This document shows positions 52,468-61,097 of a DNA stretch of 64,000 nucleotides, piece by piece; within the stretch, counting starts at the first letter, position 1, and each line of letters begins with the position of its first letter. Below the pieces are notes generated by a model that worked only from the letters and a program-made list of their open reading frames with translations, ran no database searches and was not told where the DNA came from. Source of the DNA: Xanthomarina sp. (GTDB taxonomy: Bacteria; Bacteroidota; Bacteroidia; Flavobacteriales; Flavobacteriaceae); assembly GCA_035306605.1 (NCBI GenBank), contig DATGNR010000033.1; one strand, written 5' to 3'. The translations under genes were made by a program, and so were the position numbers.

Positions 52468-53538
52468 TTAATCTGCCTTTTTGAAATTCTCGAAAATGTT
52501 GCGTAAATCCTTTTTATAAGGCAAATGGTCTGCGCGCCCTTTTTTAAAGATATCGTTGCTATTCCCTTGACCTCTGCGAAGTGCTTTCTGCTCTTCATAA
52601 GGCAATTGAATTATTTCTTGACAAGTTGAAGAACAACAGTTTTCCATTTTTTCTTTACAAGCATCGCACTGTATAAACAATAAGTGACAAGCATCATTGG
52701 CGCAATTGGTATGTAAATCGGCCGGCTCACCACATTGATGGCATTGCGCAATAACATCATCTGAAATACGCTCAGAACGACGTTCATCAAACACAAAATT
52801 TTTACCTATAAATTTATTTTCTAAGCCTTTAGCCTGTACTTGTCTAACATAATTGATAATTCCACCTTCTAGCTGATAAACATTTTTAAATCCTTTATGC
52901 TTGTAATATGCACTTGCTTTTTCGCAACGAATTCCACCCGTGCAATACATAACTAATTTTTTATCTTCTTTATAGTCTCTTAAGTCTGCTTCAATAATGT
53001 CTAAAGATTCGCGAAACGTATCCACATCAGGAGTCACAGCGTTTTTAAAATGGCCGATTTCACTTTCGTAGTGATTTCTCATATCTACCAAAACTACGTT
53101 TGGGTCGTCTATAAGTTTATTGAATTCTTCTGCTTCAACATGAATTCCTTTGTTTGTTACATCAAAGGTTTCATCGTTTAATCCGTCTGCCACAATTTTA
53201 TCGCGCACCTTCACTTTCAATTTTAAAAATGAGAAGTTGTCGTGTTCAATAGCAATATTCAGTCGGACGTTTTCTAAAAACGAAATAGAATCTAAATGTT
53301 CTTTAAACAGATTGAAGTTATCTGCAGGAACTGAAAGTTGGGCATTTATGCCTTCATGAGCCACATAAATTCTACCTAGAACATCAAGTTTGTCCCAAGT
53401 TAAAAATAAATGATCTCTAAAAATTACTGGATTTTCAATTTTGGCGTATTTGTAGAAAGAGATAGTCAAGCGTTCTTTTCCAGCTTGCTCAATAAGGTCT
53501 GCTCTTTCTTTAGCGCTTAACGTATTGTACAGTTGCAT
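52468..53538 (-). CDS. trhO: Rhodanese-domain tRNA U34 hydroxylase (YceA/TrhO)
   Basis: GRIYVAHEGINA, DMRNHYE..GHF, YCTGGIRCEK, FVFDER. Confidence 0.9.
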   Translation of the reverse strand: MQLYNTLSAKERADLIEQAGKERLTISFYKYAKIENPVIFRDHLFLTWDKLDVLGRIYVAHEGINAQLSVPADNFNLFKEHLDSISFLENVRLNIAIEHDNFSFLKLKVKVRDKIVADGLNDETFDVTNKGIHVEAEEFNKLIDDPNVVLVDMRNHYESEIGHFKNAVTPDVDTFRESLDIIEADLRDYKEDKKLVMYCTGGIRCEKASAYYKHKGFKNVYQLEGGIINYVRQVQAKGLENKFIGKNFVFDERRSERISDDVIAQCHQCGEPADLHTNCANDACHLLFIQCDACKEKMENCCSSTCQEIIQLPYEEQKALRRGQGNSNDIFKKGRADHLPYKKDLRNIFENFKKAD

Positions 53539-53608
53539 GCTATACTAATTTTTTAAGGTTAAAGTAAATATTTTTCATTTTGGCTTAAGCCTCCATGTAT
53601 TTTAGGTG

Positions 53609-53616
53609 CAAATGTA
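53609..53616 (-). promoter_or_regulatory. Primary-sigma -7 element (TACATTTG) for trhO
   Basis: TAnnTTTG consensus ~70 bp upstream of the trhO ATG. Confidence 0.6.
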
Positions 53617-53644
53617 GTGTTTTTTATTTTTTATGGATTTACTT

Positions 53645-53682
53645 AAACCAAAAAGCACTTTATAAAATTTATAAAGTGCTTT
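53645..53682 (-). terminator. 15-bp perfect palindrome with U-tract, terminating a minus-strand transcript
   Basis: AAAGCACTTTATAAA-a-TTTATAAAGTGCTTT; the minus strand ends ...GCTTTTTGGTTT. Confidence 0.7.
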
Positions 53683-53975
53683 AAGTAGACTAACTCGTTA
53701 TTAATATTTTTTAATTTATTTTCTAAATCGAAAAAATATTTTACGAGTTAACCCCCGTCGGCTTTACAGTTGCTATTTAAAAAGACAACAACTGTAAAAC
53801 CTAAGGACAAAATACATTTTTTAAAAAATTTCATTTGCTTAAAATTTTAATAGTTTTTTAAAATTGAATAAAAATTAAAATGCTTTTTAAAATCCTTCAT
53901 AATTAAATTTAAAACTATGATGTATTGTAAGTGAGCTTGTTTTTTTCTTTTTCACAGTTAAAATTTTCCCACTTT
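53650..53975 (-). ncRNA. Putative ECF-sigma-dependent small RNA or small-peptide transcript
   Basis: Bounded by an ECF-like promoter (53981-54010) and a terminator; internal hairpins at 53691-53750 and 53763-53798. Confidence 0.45.
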
Positions 53976-53980
53976 ATATA

Positions 53981-54010
53981 GTAGATGCAGAAAGTATAAA
54001 AAGGTTGCGT
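53981..54010 (-). promoter_or_regulatory. ECF-sigma-type promoter (GCAACC-N15-CATCT), copy 1
   Basis: Reverse complement ACGCAACCTTTTTATACTTTCTGCATCTAC; 27/30 identical to 55128-55157. Confidence 0.7.
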
Positions 54011-54078
54011 GATAAAATTGTAAAGTGAAAAAAGAAGTAGTATTTTAGCATTACTTTTACAAGATAAAAACAAGAGAA

Positions 54079-55086
54079 ATGAGCAGCGAAAAAGAAGCAA
54101 AATTAAAAGCCCTTAAACTTACTTTAGATAAATTAGATAAAGCTTACGGTAAAGGAACCGTTATGAAGATGAGCGACCAAGCGGTTGTGGATGTAGAGTC
54201 TATTTCTTCAGGTTCTTTAGGCTTAGACATTGCCTTGGGAGTTGGAGGATATCCAAGAGGTCGTGTTATTGAAATTTACGGTCCAGAATCTTCTGGTAAA
54301 ACAACCCTAACCTTGCATGCTATTGCCGAAGCGCAAAAAACTGGAGGTATTGCTGCCTTTATTGATGCGGAACATGCATTTGATAGAACTTACGCAGAAA
54401 ACCTAGGTATAGATATAGATAACTTAATTATTTCGCAACCAGACAATGGAGAACAAGCTTTAGAGATTGCCGATAACTTAATTCGATCTGGGGCTATAGA
54501 TATTGTTGTTATTGACTCAGTTGCGGCATTAACACCAAAAAGTGAGATTGAAGGTGAAATGGGAGACTCTAAAATGGGCCTTCACGCACGATTGATGTCT
54601 CAAGCACTTAGAAAATTAACAGCCTCGATAAGCAAAACTAATTGTACGGTAATTTTTATTAACCAATTACGTGAGAAAATTGGGGTAATGTTTGGAAACC
54701 CAGAAACAACCACTGGTGGAAACGCTTTAAAATTCTATGCTTCTGTAAGATTGGACATTAGACGATCAACACAGATAAAAGAAACAGATGGAAATGTTAC
54801 TGGAAACAAAACCAGAGTTAAGGTGGTTAAAAATAAAGTAGCTCCTCCATTTAAAATGGCAGAATTTGACATTATGTATGGGGAAGGAATCTCAAAAGTT
54901 GGTGAGATTTTAGATATAGCAGTCGAGTTTGAAATAGTTAAGAAAAGTGGTTCTTGGTTTAGTTACGGAGACACCAAATTAGGACAAGGTAGAGATGCCG
55001 TGAAATCTTTAATAAAAGACAATCCAGAACTCCAAGACGAACTGGAACAGAAAATTAAAGAACTTCTAAAAACAAATAAAGAGTAA
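54079..55086 (+). CDS. recA: Recombinase A
   Basis: [32 protein letters not shown]. Confidence 0.99.
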   Translation: MSSEKEAKLKALKLTLDKLDKAYGKGTVMKMSDQAVVDVESISSGSLGLDIALGVGGYPRGRVIEIYGPESSGKTTLTLHAIAEAQKTGGIAAFIDAEHAFDRTYAENLGIDIDNLIISQPDNGEQALEIADNLIRSGAIDIVVIDSVAALTPKSEIEGEMGDSKMGLHARLMSQALRKLTASISKTNCTVIFINQLREKIGVMFGNPETTTGGNALKFYASVRLDIRRSTQIKETDGNVTGNKTRVKVVKNKVAPPFKMAEFDIMYGEGISKVGEILDIAVEFEIVKKSGSWFSYGDTKLGQGRDAVKSLIKDNPELQDELEQKIKELLKTNKE

Positions 55087-55090
55087 CGTT

Positions 55091-55119
55091 AAAAATCCCG
55101 AAATAATTCGGGATTTTTT
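55091..55119 (+). terminator. recA terminator
   Basis: AAAAATCCCGAA-ataa-TTCGGGATTTTT followed by T. Confidence 0.85.
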
Positions 55120-55127
55120 AATTTATA

Positions 55128-55157
55128 ACGCAACCATTTAATACTTTTTGCATCTAC
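55128..55157 (+). promoter_or_regulatory. ECF-sigma-type promoter, copy 2 (probably autoregulatory)
   Basis: ACGCAACCATTTAATACTTTTTGCATCTAC, directly upstream of the lipoprotein-ECF sigma operon. Confidence 0.7.
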
Positions 55158-55177
55158 AAGATAAATATGTATTAATA

Positions 55178-55573
55178 ATGAAGAATTTTGTAGCCTACTG
55201 CTTATTAGCCCTTTTCATTTTTTCATGTAGTCCTGAAAATGATGACATTCAGAATGTTTCTTATGAAATACTACCTGTAGAAAGCGCCATTTTGCCAGAT
55301 GAATTCCATTTAGGCGATAGCTATCAAATTACATTAACTTATATTAGACCTTCCACCTGTTATGCTTTTAATAATATTTATTATTTACAAGAAGCTAACG
55401 AACGTACGGTAGCAATTGTTGCAGCCAAGGTTTCGAGTAATAATTGCGAAACATTGAATGAAGAAACAGCAATTACATTTAATTTTAAAGCAAGCCAAAG
55501 CGGAACTTATATTTTTAAATTTTGGCAAGGAGGTGACGATTACGAAGTTGTTCATGTTCCCGTAGTAGACTAA
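55178..55573 (+). CDS. Hypothetical lipoprotein
   Basis: MKNFVAYCLLALFIFSC lipobox; GTYIFKFWQG. The ORF-track start at 55148 falls inside the promoter. Confidence 0.8.
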   Translation: MKNFVAYCLLALFIFSCSPENDDIQNVSYEILPVESAILPDEFHLGDSYQITLTYIRPSTCYAFNNIYYLQEANERTVAIVAAKVSSNNCETLNEETAITFNFKASQSGTYIFKFWQGGDDYEVVHVPVVD

Positions 55574-55599
55574 ACTTTGTTAAATTAATACGCAATCAT

Positions 55600-56145
55600 T
55601 TGGGTTTAAAACAACTCATACAAAAATGTAGTAATAATGATACAAAAGCACAAGCAGAATTATACCAGCTCTTTTCAGCTAAATTATTTTCTGTATGCTT
55701 AAAGTATTGTAAAAATTATGCAGAAGCGGAAGATAATCTGCAGGATGCTTTTGTGACTATTTTTGAGAAAATATCGCAATATAAACACAAAGGTTCATTT
55801 GAAGGTTGGTTAAAACGAATTACCATAAATACAGCATTACAGCGCTATAGAAATCAAAATGTTTTTGAGATTATAGACGACAAAAATATTGAAGATGTAG
55901 AGGTAACGATTGAAGAAGATGAGGATATTTCTTTGGAATTTCTTTTAAAGATCATTCAAGAGTTGCCTGATCGATACAGATTGGTTTTTAACCTCTATGT
56001 GCTAGACGATTATTCTCATAATGAAATAGCAACAATGTTAGATATAACTACAGGTACCTCAAAATCGAATTTGGCTAGAGCCAGGAAGATTTTAAAAGAC
56101 AAAATTGAAGATAACAAAACAAGTTTTAAGAAGCATATCTTGTAA
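55600..56145 (+). CDS. ECF RNA polymerase sigma factor
   Basis: AEDNLQDAF, FEGWLKRITIN, YSHNEIA..GTSKSNLARAR; TTG start. Confidence 0.95.
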   Translation: MGLKQLIQKCSNNDTKAQAELYQLFSAKLFSVCLKYCKNYAEAEDNLQDAFVTIFEKISQYKHKGSFEGWLKRITINTALQRYRNQNVFEIIDDKNIEDVEVTIEEDEDISLEFLLKIIQELPDRYRLVFNLYVLDDYSHNEIATMLDITTGTSKSNLARARKILKDKIEDNKTSFKKHIL

Positions 56146-57749
56146 TGGGCGATAAAAAACATATAGATAGAGTTTTTCAAGAAAAATTCAAGGACTTTGA
56201 AGCTACTCCAAACCCAGAAGTTTGGGCCAACCTTCAAAAGAAATTAAACAAACAGGAAAAAGACAGAAAGAAGGCATTCCCTTTTTGGTATAAACTAGCT
56301 GGAGTGGCTGCACTTTTACTTTTACTATTAACTATTGGCGGTTTGCTAAACACTGAGAATCCCATCATTGAATCTAATAAAACAAAGGTTGTGGATACGG
56401 AAAACACTTTAAAAGTGAAAGACAGCAACAAATCTTCTACTAAACCCAATACAAACTCAATTATTGAAAATACCTCTAACGAAAAGAATAGTGCTTCTTC
56501 TGATGACTATAGCAACACTCAAATTAGCAACAAAAATTCAAATAGGTCACAAATAGCTTCAGATGAAGAAGCAAAAACAAAATCTTTCAACCAGAGAAAT
56601 AAGCTCCTCAATAACGAATATTTAAACAAAAATATAACGAATCCTTCATCTAAAACTCATACAAAGGATACGCGTATTACAAAAAACACCAACAGTAACA
56701 ATCAGGTAAATTCAAAAGAAAGTCCAGATAATATTACGAACCAAATCACCGATAAAAACCCGATTGAAAACAAAAATAATATTGCTTTAAACCAAACAAA
56801 CCGTAAGGACAGTAAATCAGGTTCTGATGTAAAATTTGACCAAACAAAAACGGATAAGCAATTACATAACCTAAACAATAAGCCGGTTGACAATCAAATT
56901 GTTTTAGATAAAAACATAGAATCGGAAATAGAAAAACCTAAAACAGAAGAACTGATTAATACCGATTTAACGATAGAAGAAGCCATTGCCGCCAATGAAG
57001 ATTTAATTAAAAAGGAGAGTGATGAAATACTGAATAGATGGCAAGTTTATGCCAATATTGCCCCTGTTTATTATAACTCGATGGGAAAAGGCTCGCATAT
57101 TGACCAACAATTCACAAGCAATTCTAAAAGTGGAGAAGTGAACACAAGTTATGGTGTAAATGTTAGTTACAATTTAAATGAAAAGCTATCGGTACGTACC
57201 GGATTAAGTTCACTTAATTTAAGTTATGATACTAACGACGTGGTTCTATATAAAACCTTAGCAAGTGTTAATTCGGCTTCAAACTCATTAAAAAACATAA
57301 ATCTATCCAATGGCAACGAAGGCCTTACAGCTTTAAGTGCAGATAATTTTAGTGTTAGCCAAGTGGACAATCTACTAAGTCCAAAATCAAATGCTGCAAT
57401 AAGTCAAAGAATTAGTTATTACGAAATTCCAATGGAATTAAATTATAGAATTGGAAGCAAGAAATTGGGTTTAAATATCATTGCGGGATTTAGCTCATTT
57501 ATTTTAGATGACAATAATGTTTATTCCGAATTACAAGGAGAGAAAACCTATATAGGCGAGGCTAATAATATCAAGAACTTGAGTTTTAGCACCAACCTAG
57601 GAGTTGGGATAGACTATAAGTTTTCTGAAAAATTCAAGTTCAATTTAGAGCCTACTTTTAAATACCAATTAAATGCATTCGAAAACACTGCTGGAAATTT
57701 CAACCCATATATTATAGGGATTTACACCGGTTTTAGCTATAAATTTTAG
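56145..57749 (+). CDS. Putative anti-sigma / PorT-like outer-membrane beta-barrel protein
   Basis: Coupled to the sigma gene. N-terminal IDRVFQEKF..P.PEVW, one TM, long Asn/Lys-rich linker, beta-strand C-terminus ending GFSYKF. Confidence 0.75.
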   Translation: MGDKKHIDRVFQEKFKDFEATPNPEVWANLQKKLNKQEKDRKKAFPFWYKLAGVAALLLLLLTIGGLLNTENPIIESNKTKVVDTENTLKVKDSNKSSTKPNTNSIIENTSNEKNSASSDDYSNTQISNKNSNRSQIASDEEAKTKSFNQRNKLLNNEYLNKNITNPSSKTHTKDTRITKNTNSNNQVNSKESPDNITNQITDKNPIENKNNIALNQTNRKDSKSGSDVKFDQTKTDKQLHNLNNKPVDNQIVLDKNIESEIEKPKTEELINTDLTIEEAIAANEDLIKKESDEILNRWQVYANIAPVYYNSMGKGSHIDQQFTSNSKSGEVNTSYGVNVSYNLNEKLSVRTGLSSLNLSYDTNDVVLYKTLASVNSASNSLKNINLSNGNEGLTALSADNFSVSQVDNLLSPKSNAAISQRISYYEIPMELNYRIGSKKLGLNIIAGFSSFILDDNNVYSELQGEKTYIGEANNIKNLSFSTNLGVGIDYKFSEKFKFNLEPTFKYQLNAFENTAGNFNPYIIGIYTGFSYKF

Positions 57750-57796
57750 TTAGATTAGATTTGTATTTCCTAGAATTAGGAATGAATGATGGTCTC

Positions 57797-57830
57797 AAAA
57801 AAGCTGCTCCGTGCCAAGAGCGGCTTTTTT
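57797..57830. terminator. Bidirectional terminator
   Basis: AAAAAAGCTGCTC...GAGCGGCTTTTTT between convergent genes. Confidence 0.75.
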
Positions 57831-58563
57831 ATTTATGTGCCTCCAAGGTTCTTAAAATAATGTTTCGGGCTTTATTGTTTACTTCCTTTGTTTCTTTAAT
57901 AGTTAATCCTTCTGTTTCAATAAATGGATGTATCTGAACACGCATTTTACCCGGACGTCCACTAAAAAACGTATAAGAAAAAAGTCTTTTATTGTCTAAA
58001 AAAGTTATTGGAACCACTGGAATTTGATGATTAATAGCCAATCTAAAAGCACCGTCTTTAAAGGAGTCTAATATAATATGTTCGTCTGGTACTCCTCCTT
58101 CAGGAAAAATACAAATACTTGCTCCTTGTTTCAACCGTTTTTGAGCTCTTAAAAACACAGCCTTCCTACTACTTTCAGAACTTCTATCGACTAAAATACA
58201 AGTACGTTTATAGAAAAATCCAAAAAGTGGAATTCTTGCCAACTCCTTTTTACCCACAAACACGAAAGGATTCTTTACTGAAACCAACATGAGCATAATA
58301 TCCGCCATAGAGGTATGATTAGCAACAAACATGTAGCTTTTATCAGGGTCTGGTGTTTGTTCACGTTTAACATTCCAAACAAACCCCATTCCAACTAAAA
58401 TAAACTTAGCCCATAAGCGTGCTAATTTAAAAAAGTAAGGATACCAAGACTCTTTAAGTATTGATATGACCAAAAATGGAAATAAAATTATAATTGGGAT
58501 GGCCACAAGTATGTAAAACCAAATCCGATATAAAATCCAAAATAAATACTTAAATATTCTCAT
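57829..58563 (-). CDS. Lysophospholipid (PlsC-type) acyltransferase
   Basis: NHTSMAD, FPEG, FKDGAF. Confidence 0.92.
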   Translation of the reverse strand: MRIFKYLFWILYRIWFYILVAIPIIILFPFLVISILKESWYPYFFKLARLWAKFILVGMGFVWNVKREQTPDPDKSYMFVANHTSMADIMLMLVSVKNPFVFVGKKELARIPLFGFFYKRTCILVDRSSESSRKAVFLRAQKRLKQGASICIFPEGGVPDEHIILDSFKDGAFRLAINHQIPVVPITFLDNKRLFSYTFFSGRPGKMRVQIHPFIETEGLTIKETKEVNNKARNIILRTLEAHK

Positions 58564-58678
58564 CGAAGCCAAAACTAATTAAATTTATTGAGCTATTGCA
58601 TCAAAAAAATTACCTTTGTATGATCAAAATAAGATTAAGTTTAATTTAAAGAAATTCCCACCATTGTGGGAAAAAACT

Positions 58679-59647
58679 ATGGCAAGAATACTAACAGGCA
58701 TTCAAAGTACGGGAACACCACATTTAGGAAATATCTTAGGTGCATTAATGCCAGCTATTAAAATGGCGAATGATCCTAAAAACGATTCGTTTTTGTTTAT
58801 AGCAAACCTACACACCTTAACCCAAATAAAAGATGCTGAACTTTTACGAAGCAACACTTATTCTACTGCTGCTACTTGGTTGGCTTTTGGATTGGATGTA
58901 GAGAAAACCGTATTTTATAGACAAAGTGATATTCCTCAAGTAACAGAATTAACTTGGTATTTAACATGTTTTTTTCCGTATCAAAGATTAACTCTTGCAC
59001 ATGGCTTTAAAGATAAAGCAGACAGATTAGAAGATGTTAATTCCGGTTTGTTTTTCTACCCAATGCTTATGGCTGCCGATATTTTATTATACGACGCCAA
59101 CATCATTCCTGTAGGGAAAGACCAATTGCAACATATAGAAATGACCCGTGATGTAGCTTCTCGTTTCCATACAAGAATGGGAGAAACCTTTGTAATTCCT
59201 GAAGGGAAAATTCAAGAAAACATCATGCTTGTTCCCGGAACCGATGGTGGAAAAATGAGTAAAAGTAGAGGAAATATCATCAATATATTTCTAGACGATA
59301 AAAAGCTCCGCAAACAAATTATGTCTATTGAAACAGACAGTACGGCGCTTGAAGATCCTAAAGATTGGAGCACTTGTAACTGCTTTGCAATTTATAGTTT
59401 ATTGGCTTCTGAAGATCAAATAGAAACCATGAAAGCCAATTACGAAAAAGGAGGTTATGGCTACGGACATGCTAAACAAGCTCTTTTTGAATTGATAGTT
59501 GAAAAATTTGCAATCGAGCGCGCACGTTACCATTATTACATGAATAATCTAGACGAAATAGACAGATTACTAGCCATTGGAGCAGAGAAAGCCAAAGTTG
59601 TAGCTAACGACGTATTAAAACGAGTTCGTGAAAAAGTAGGGTACTAA
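58679..59647 (+). CDS. trpS: Tryptophan--tRNA ligase
   Basis: HLGN, YPMLMAADIL, VGKDQLQH, KMSKS. ATG at 58679 preferred because TACCTTTG lies at 58611. Confidence 0.96.
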   Translation: MARILTGIQSTGTPHLGNILGALMPAIKMANDPKNDSFLFIANLHTLTQIKDAELLRSNTYSTAATWLAFGLDVEKTVFYRQSDIPQVTELTWYLTCFFPYQRLTLAHGFKDKADRLEDVNSGLFFYPMLMAADILLYDANIIPVGKDQLQHIEMTRDVASRFHTRMGETFVIPEGKIQENIMLVPGTDGGKMSKSRGNIINIFLDDKKLRKQIMSIETDSTALEDPKDWSTCNCFAIYSLLASEDQIETMKANYEKGGYGYGHAKQALFELIVEKFAIERARYHYYMNNLDEIDRLLAIGAEKAKVVANDVLKRVREKVGY

Positions 59648-59738
59648 ACCTATTTAAATTATGAAATCCCTGTCTACTTGCTAGGCAGAAAATATTTATA
59701 AGGGAAAATCTTTTCTGAAATCCTTTGTAAAGAATTGC

Positions 59739-59805
59739 ATAGCTGCCTAAATTCATTTAAAAGAGAGATTAGCTCCATTTTTAAGGAATTTAGGCAGCTA
59801 TTTTT
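59739..59805. terminator. Long hairpin between convergent trpS and dprA
   Basis: ATAGCTGCCTAAATTC (59739-59754) / GAATTTAGGCAGCTAT (59786-59801), followed by Ts. Confidence 0.65.
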
Positions 59806-59889
59806 ATACTTTATAATGGTTAAAATAACAAAGCTGTTTTCTAATAAATAAAGTGTTTGTAATAGGATTATTTCTAAGATATCTGAGTT

Positions 59890-60993
59890 TTAAATAATCT
59901 CGAATAACTTTCCAGGCAAAGGCCTTACCACGCCCTTAAGCTCCAAATTCAATAATATACTTGCTGTTTTATAAGTAGGTAAATTACACTCTAAGGCAAT
60001 AACATCTAAAAGTTGTTTATCCTTTTCCTTCAGATAATTATAAATTATTTTTTCTTCATCGGTAAGTTCTACAAACAACTGTTTCTGTACAGGTGCTTTT
60101 TTAAGTTCTTCCAATTCCCAATTCAACATATATGGAATATCTAATGGGTTTGTCAAAACATGTGCTTTTTGGAATTTAATTAAATTATTACATCCCAAGC
60201 TTTGACTATCAGTAATTCTACCAGGCACCGCAAACACATCTCTGTTATAAGAATTCGCAATATCTGCAGTTACCAAACTACCGCCTCTTTCGGCAGATTC
60301 TATAACGATTGTTGCTTCACTTAAACCGGCAATTACACGATTTCTCTTTAAAAAGTTATTTCTTTCAAAAGGAGAAGTACTCCAAAAATCTGTAAAAAAC
60401 CCTCCATTTTTTTCAACATCAGCCACATATTTTTTATGAGATTTCGGATAAATTTGATTCAAACCATGAGCTAAACAACCTATGGTTTGCAAATTATTAT
60501 TTATTGCGGCTTTTTGGGCAGTAATATCTGTTCCGTAGGCAAATCCAGATACAATAACTGGATTATAAATAGCTAATTCCTCAATTAATCTATTGCAAAA
60601 TGCCATTCCGTAAGTTGTAATTTTCCTAGTTCCAACCACGCTTATAATTCGTTGTTTTTTTAAATTGATGTTACCCGATTGGAATAATAAAATAGGACTA
60701 TCAATGCAATGTTTTAATTTTTCCGGATAATCCGGATCTGCAAAATACAACGTGGTGATGTTGTTCTCCTTGATGTACTTCAACTCCTCTTCCGCAGCTT
60801 CAAAATTAAGTTTGTTAAACAAATCCTTAATCACTAAACTGCCAATACCATCAATTTTAACTAAGTTCTGTTTTTTCTCTTTAAAAATTGCTTCCACAGA
60901 GCCACAATGAGAGATCAACTTTTTAGCAGTAATATCGCCAATATTAGGTACGTGCTGCAAGGCCAAAATATATATTAAACTAGTCTCGTTCAT
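59890..60993 (-). CDS. dprA: DNA-processing protein DprA
   Basis: VVGTR, VSGFAYGTD, FLKRNRVIAGLS, GGSLVTA, FAVPG. Confidence 0.95.
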   Translation of the reverse strand: MNETSLIYILALQHVPNIGDITAKKLISHCGSVEAIFKEKKQNLVKIDGIGSLVIKDLFNKLNFEAAEEELKYIKENNITTLYFADPDYPEKLKHCIDSPILLFQSGNINLKKQRIISVVGTRKITTYGMAFCNRLIEELAIYNPVIVSGFAYGTDITAQKAAINNNLQTIGCLAHGLNQIYPKSHKKYVADVEKNGGFFTDFWSTSPFERNNFLKRNRVIAGLSEATIVIESAERGGSLVTADIANSYNRDVFAVPGRITDSQSLGCNNLIKFQKAHVLTNPLDIPYMLNWELEELKKAPVQKQLFVELTDEEKIIYNYLKEKDKQLLDVIALECNLPTYKTASILLNLELKGVVRPLPGKLFEII

Positions 60994-61097
60994 TTTAATG
61001 TTTTGACAATGAAACTACAAGTAAAGAAATTTTATGATGTTAATAAATAGTTCAATCGAATTTTTGTTCGCAGTCAAAATTTGCTAACTTTGTTTTT

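Noticed and set aside
53751-53760. Pairing of the GGGGG linker of the recA-adjacent RNA with the CCCC loops at 43.8 kb
   Set aside because: Complementarity is limited to about 4-5 nt, too short to support
53915-54100. 61-aa minus-strand ORF overlapping the recA start
   Set aside because: Runs through the recA and ECF promoter elements, has no recognisable features, and is likely spurious
53981-55157. 30-bp inverted repeats around recA as transposon ends or an invertible segment
   Set aside because: No transposase or invertase nearby and no target duplication seen. The bipartite ECF promoter layout and position before a sigma operon explain them better, although inversion was not formally excluded.
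56380-56960. Asn/Lys-rich low-complexity tract as a tandem repeat
   Set aside because: No repeating unit visible; it is a compositionally biased linker inside a CDS
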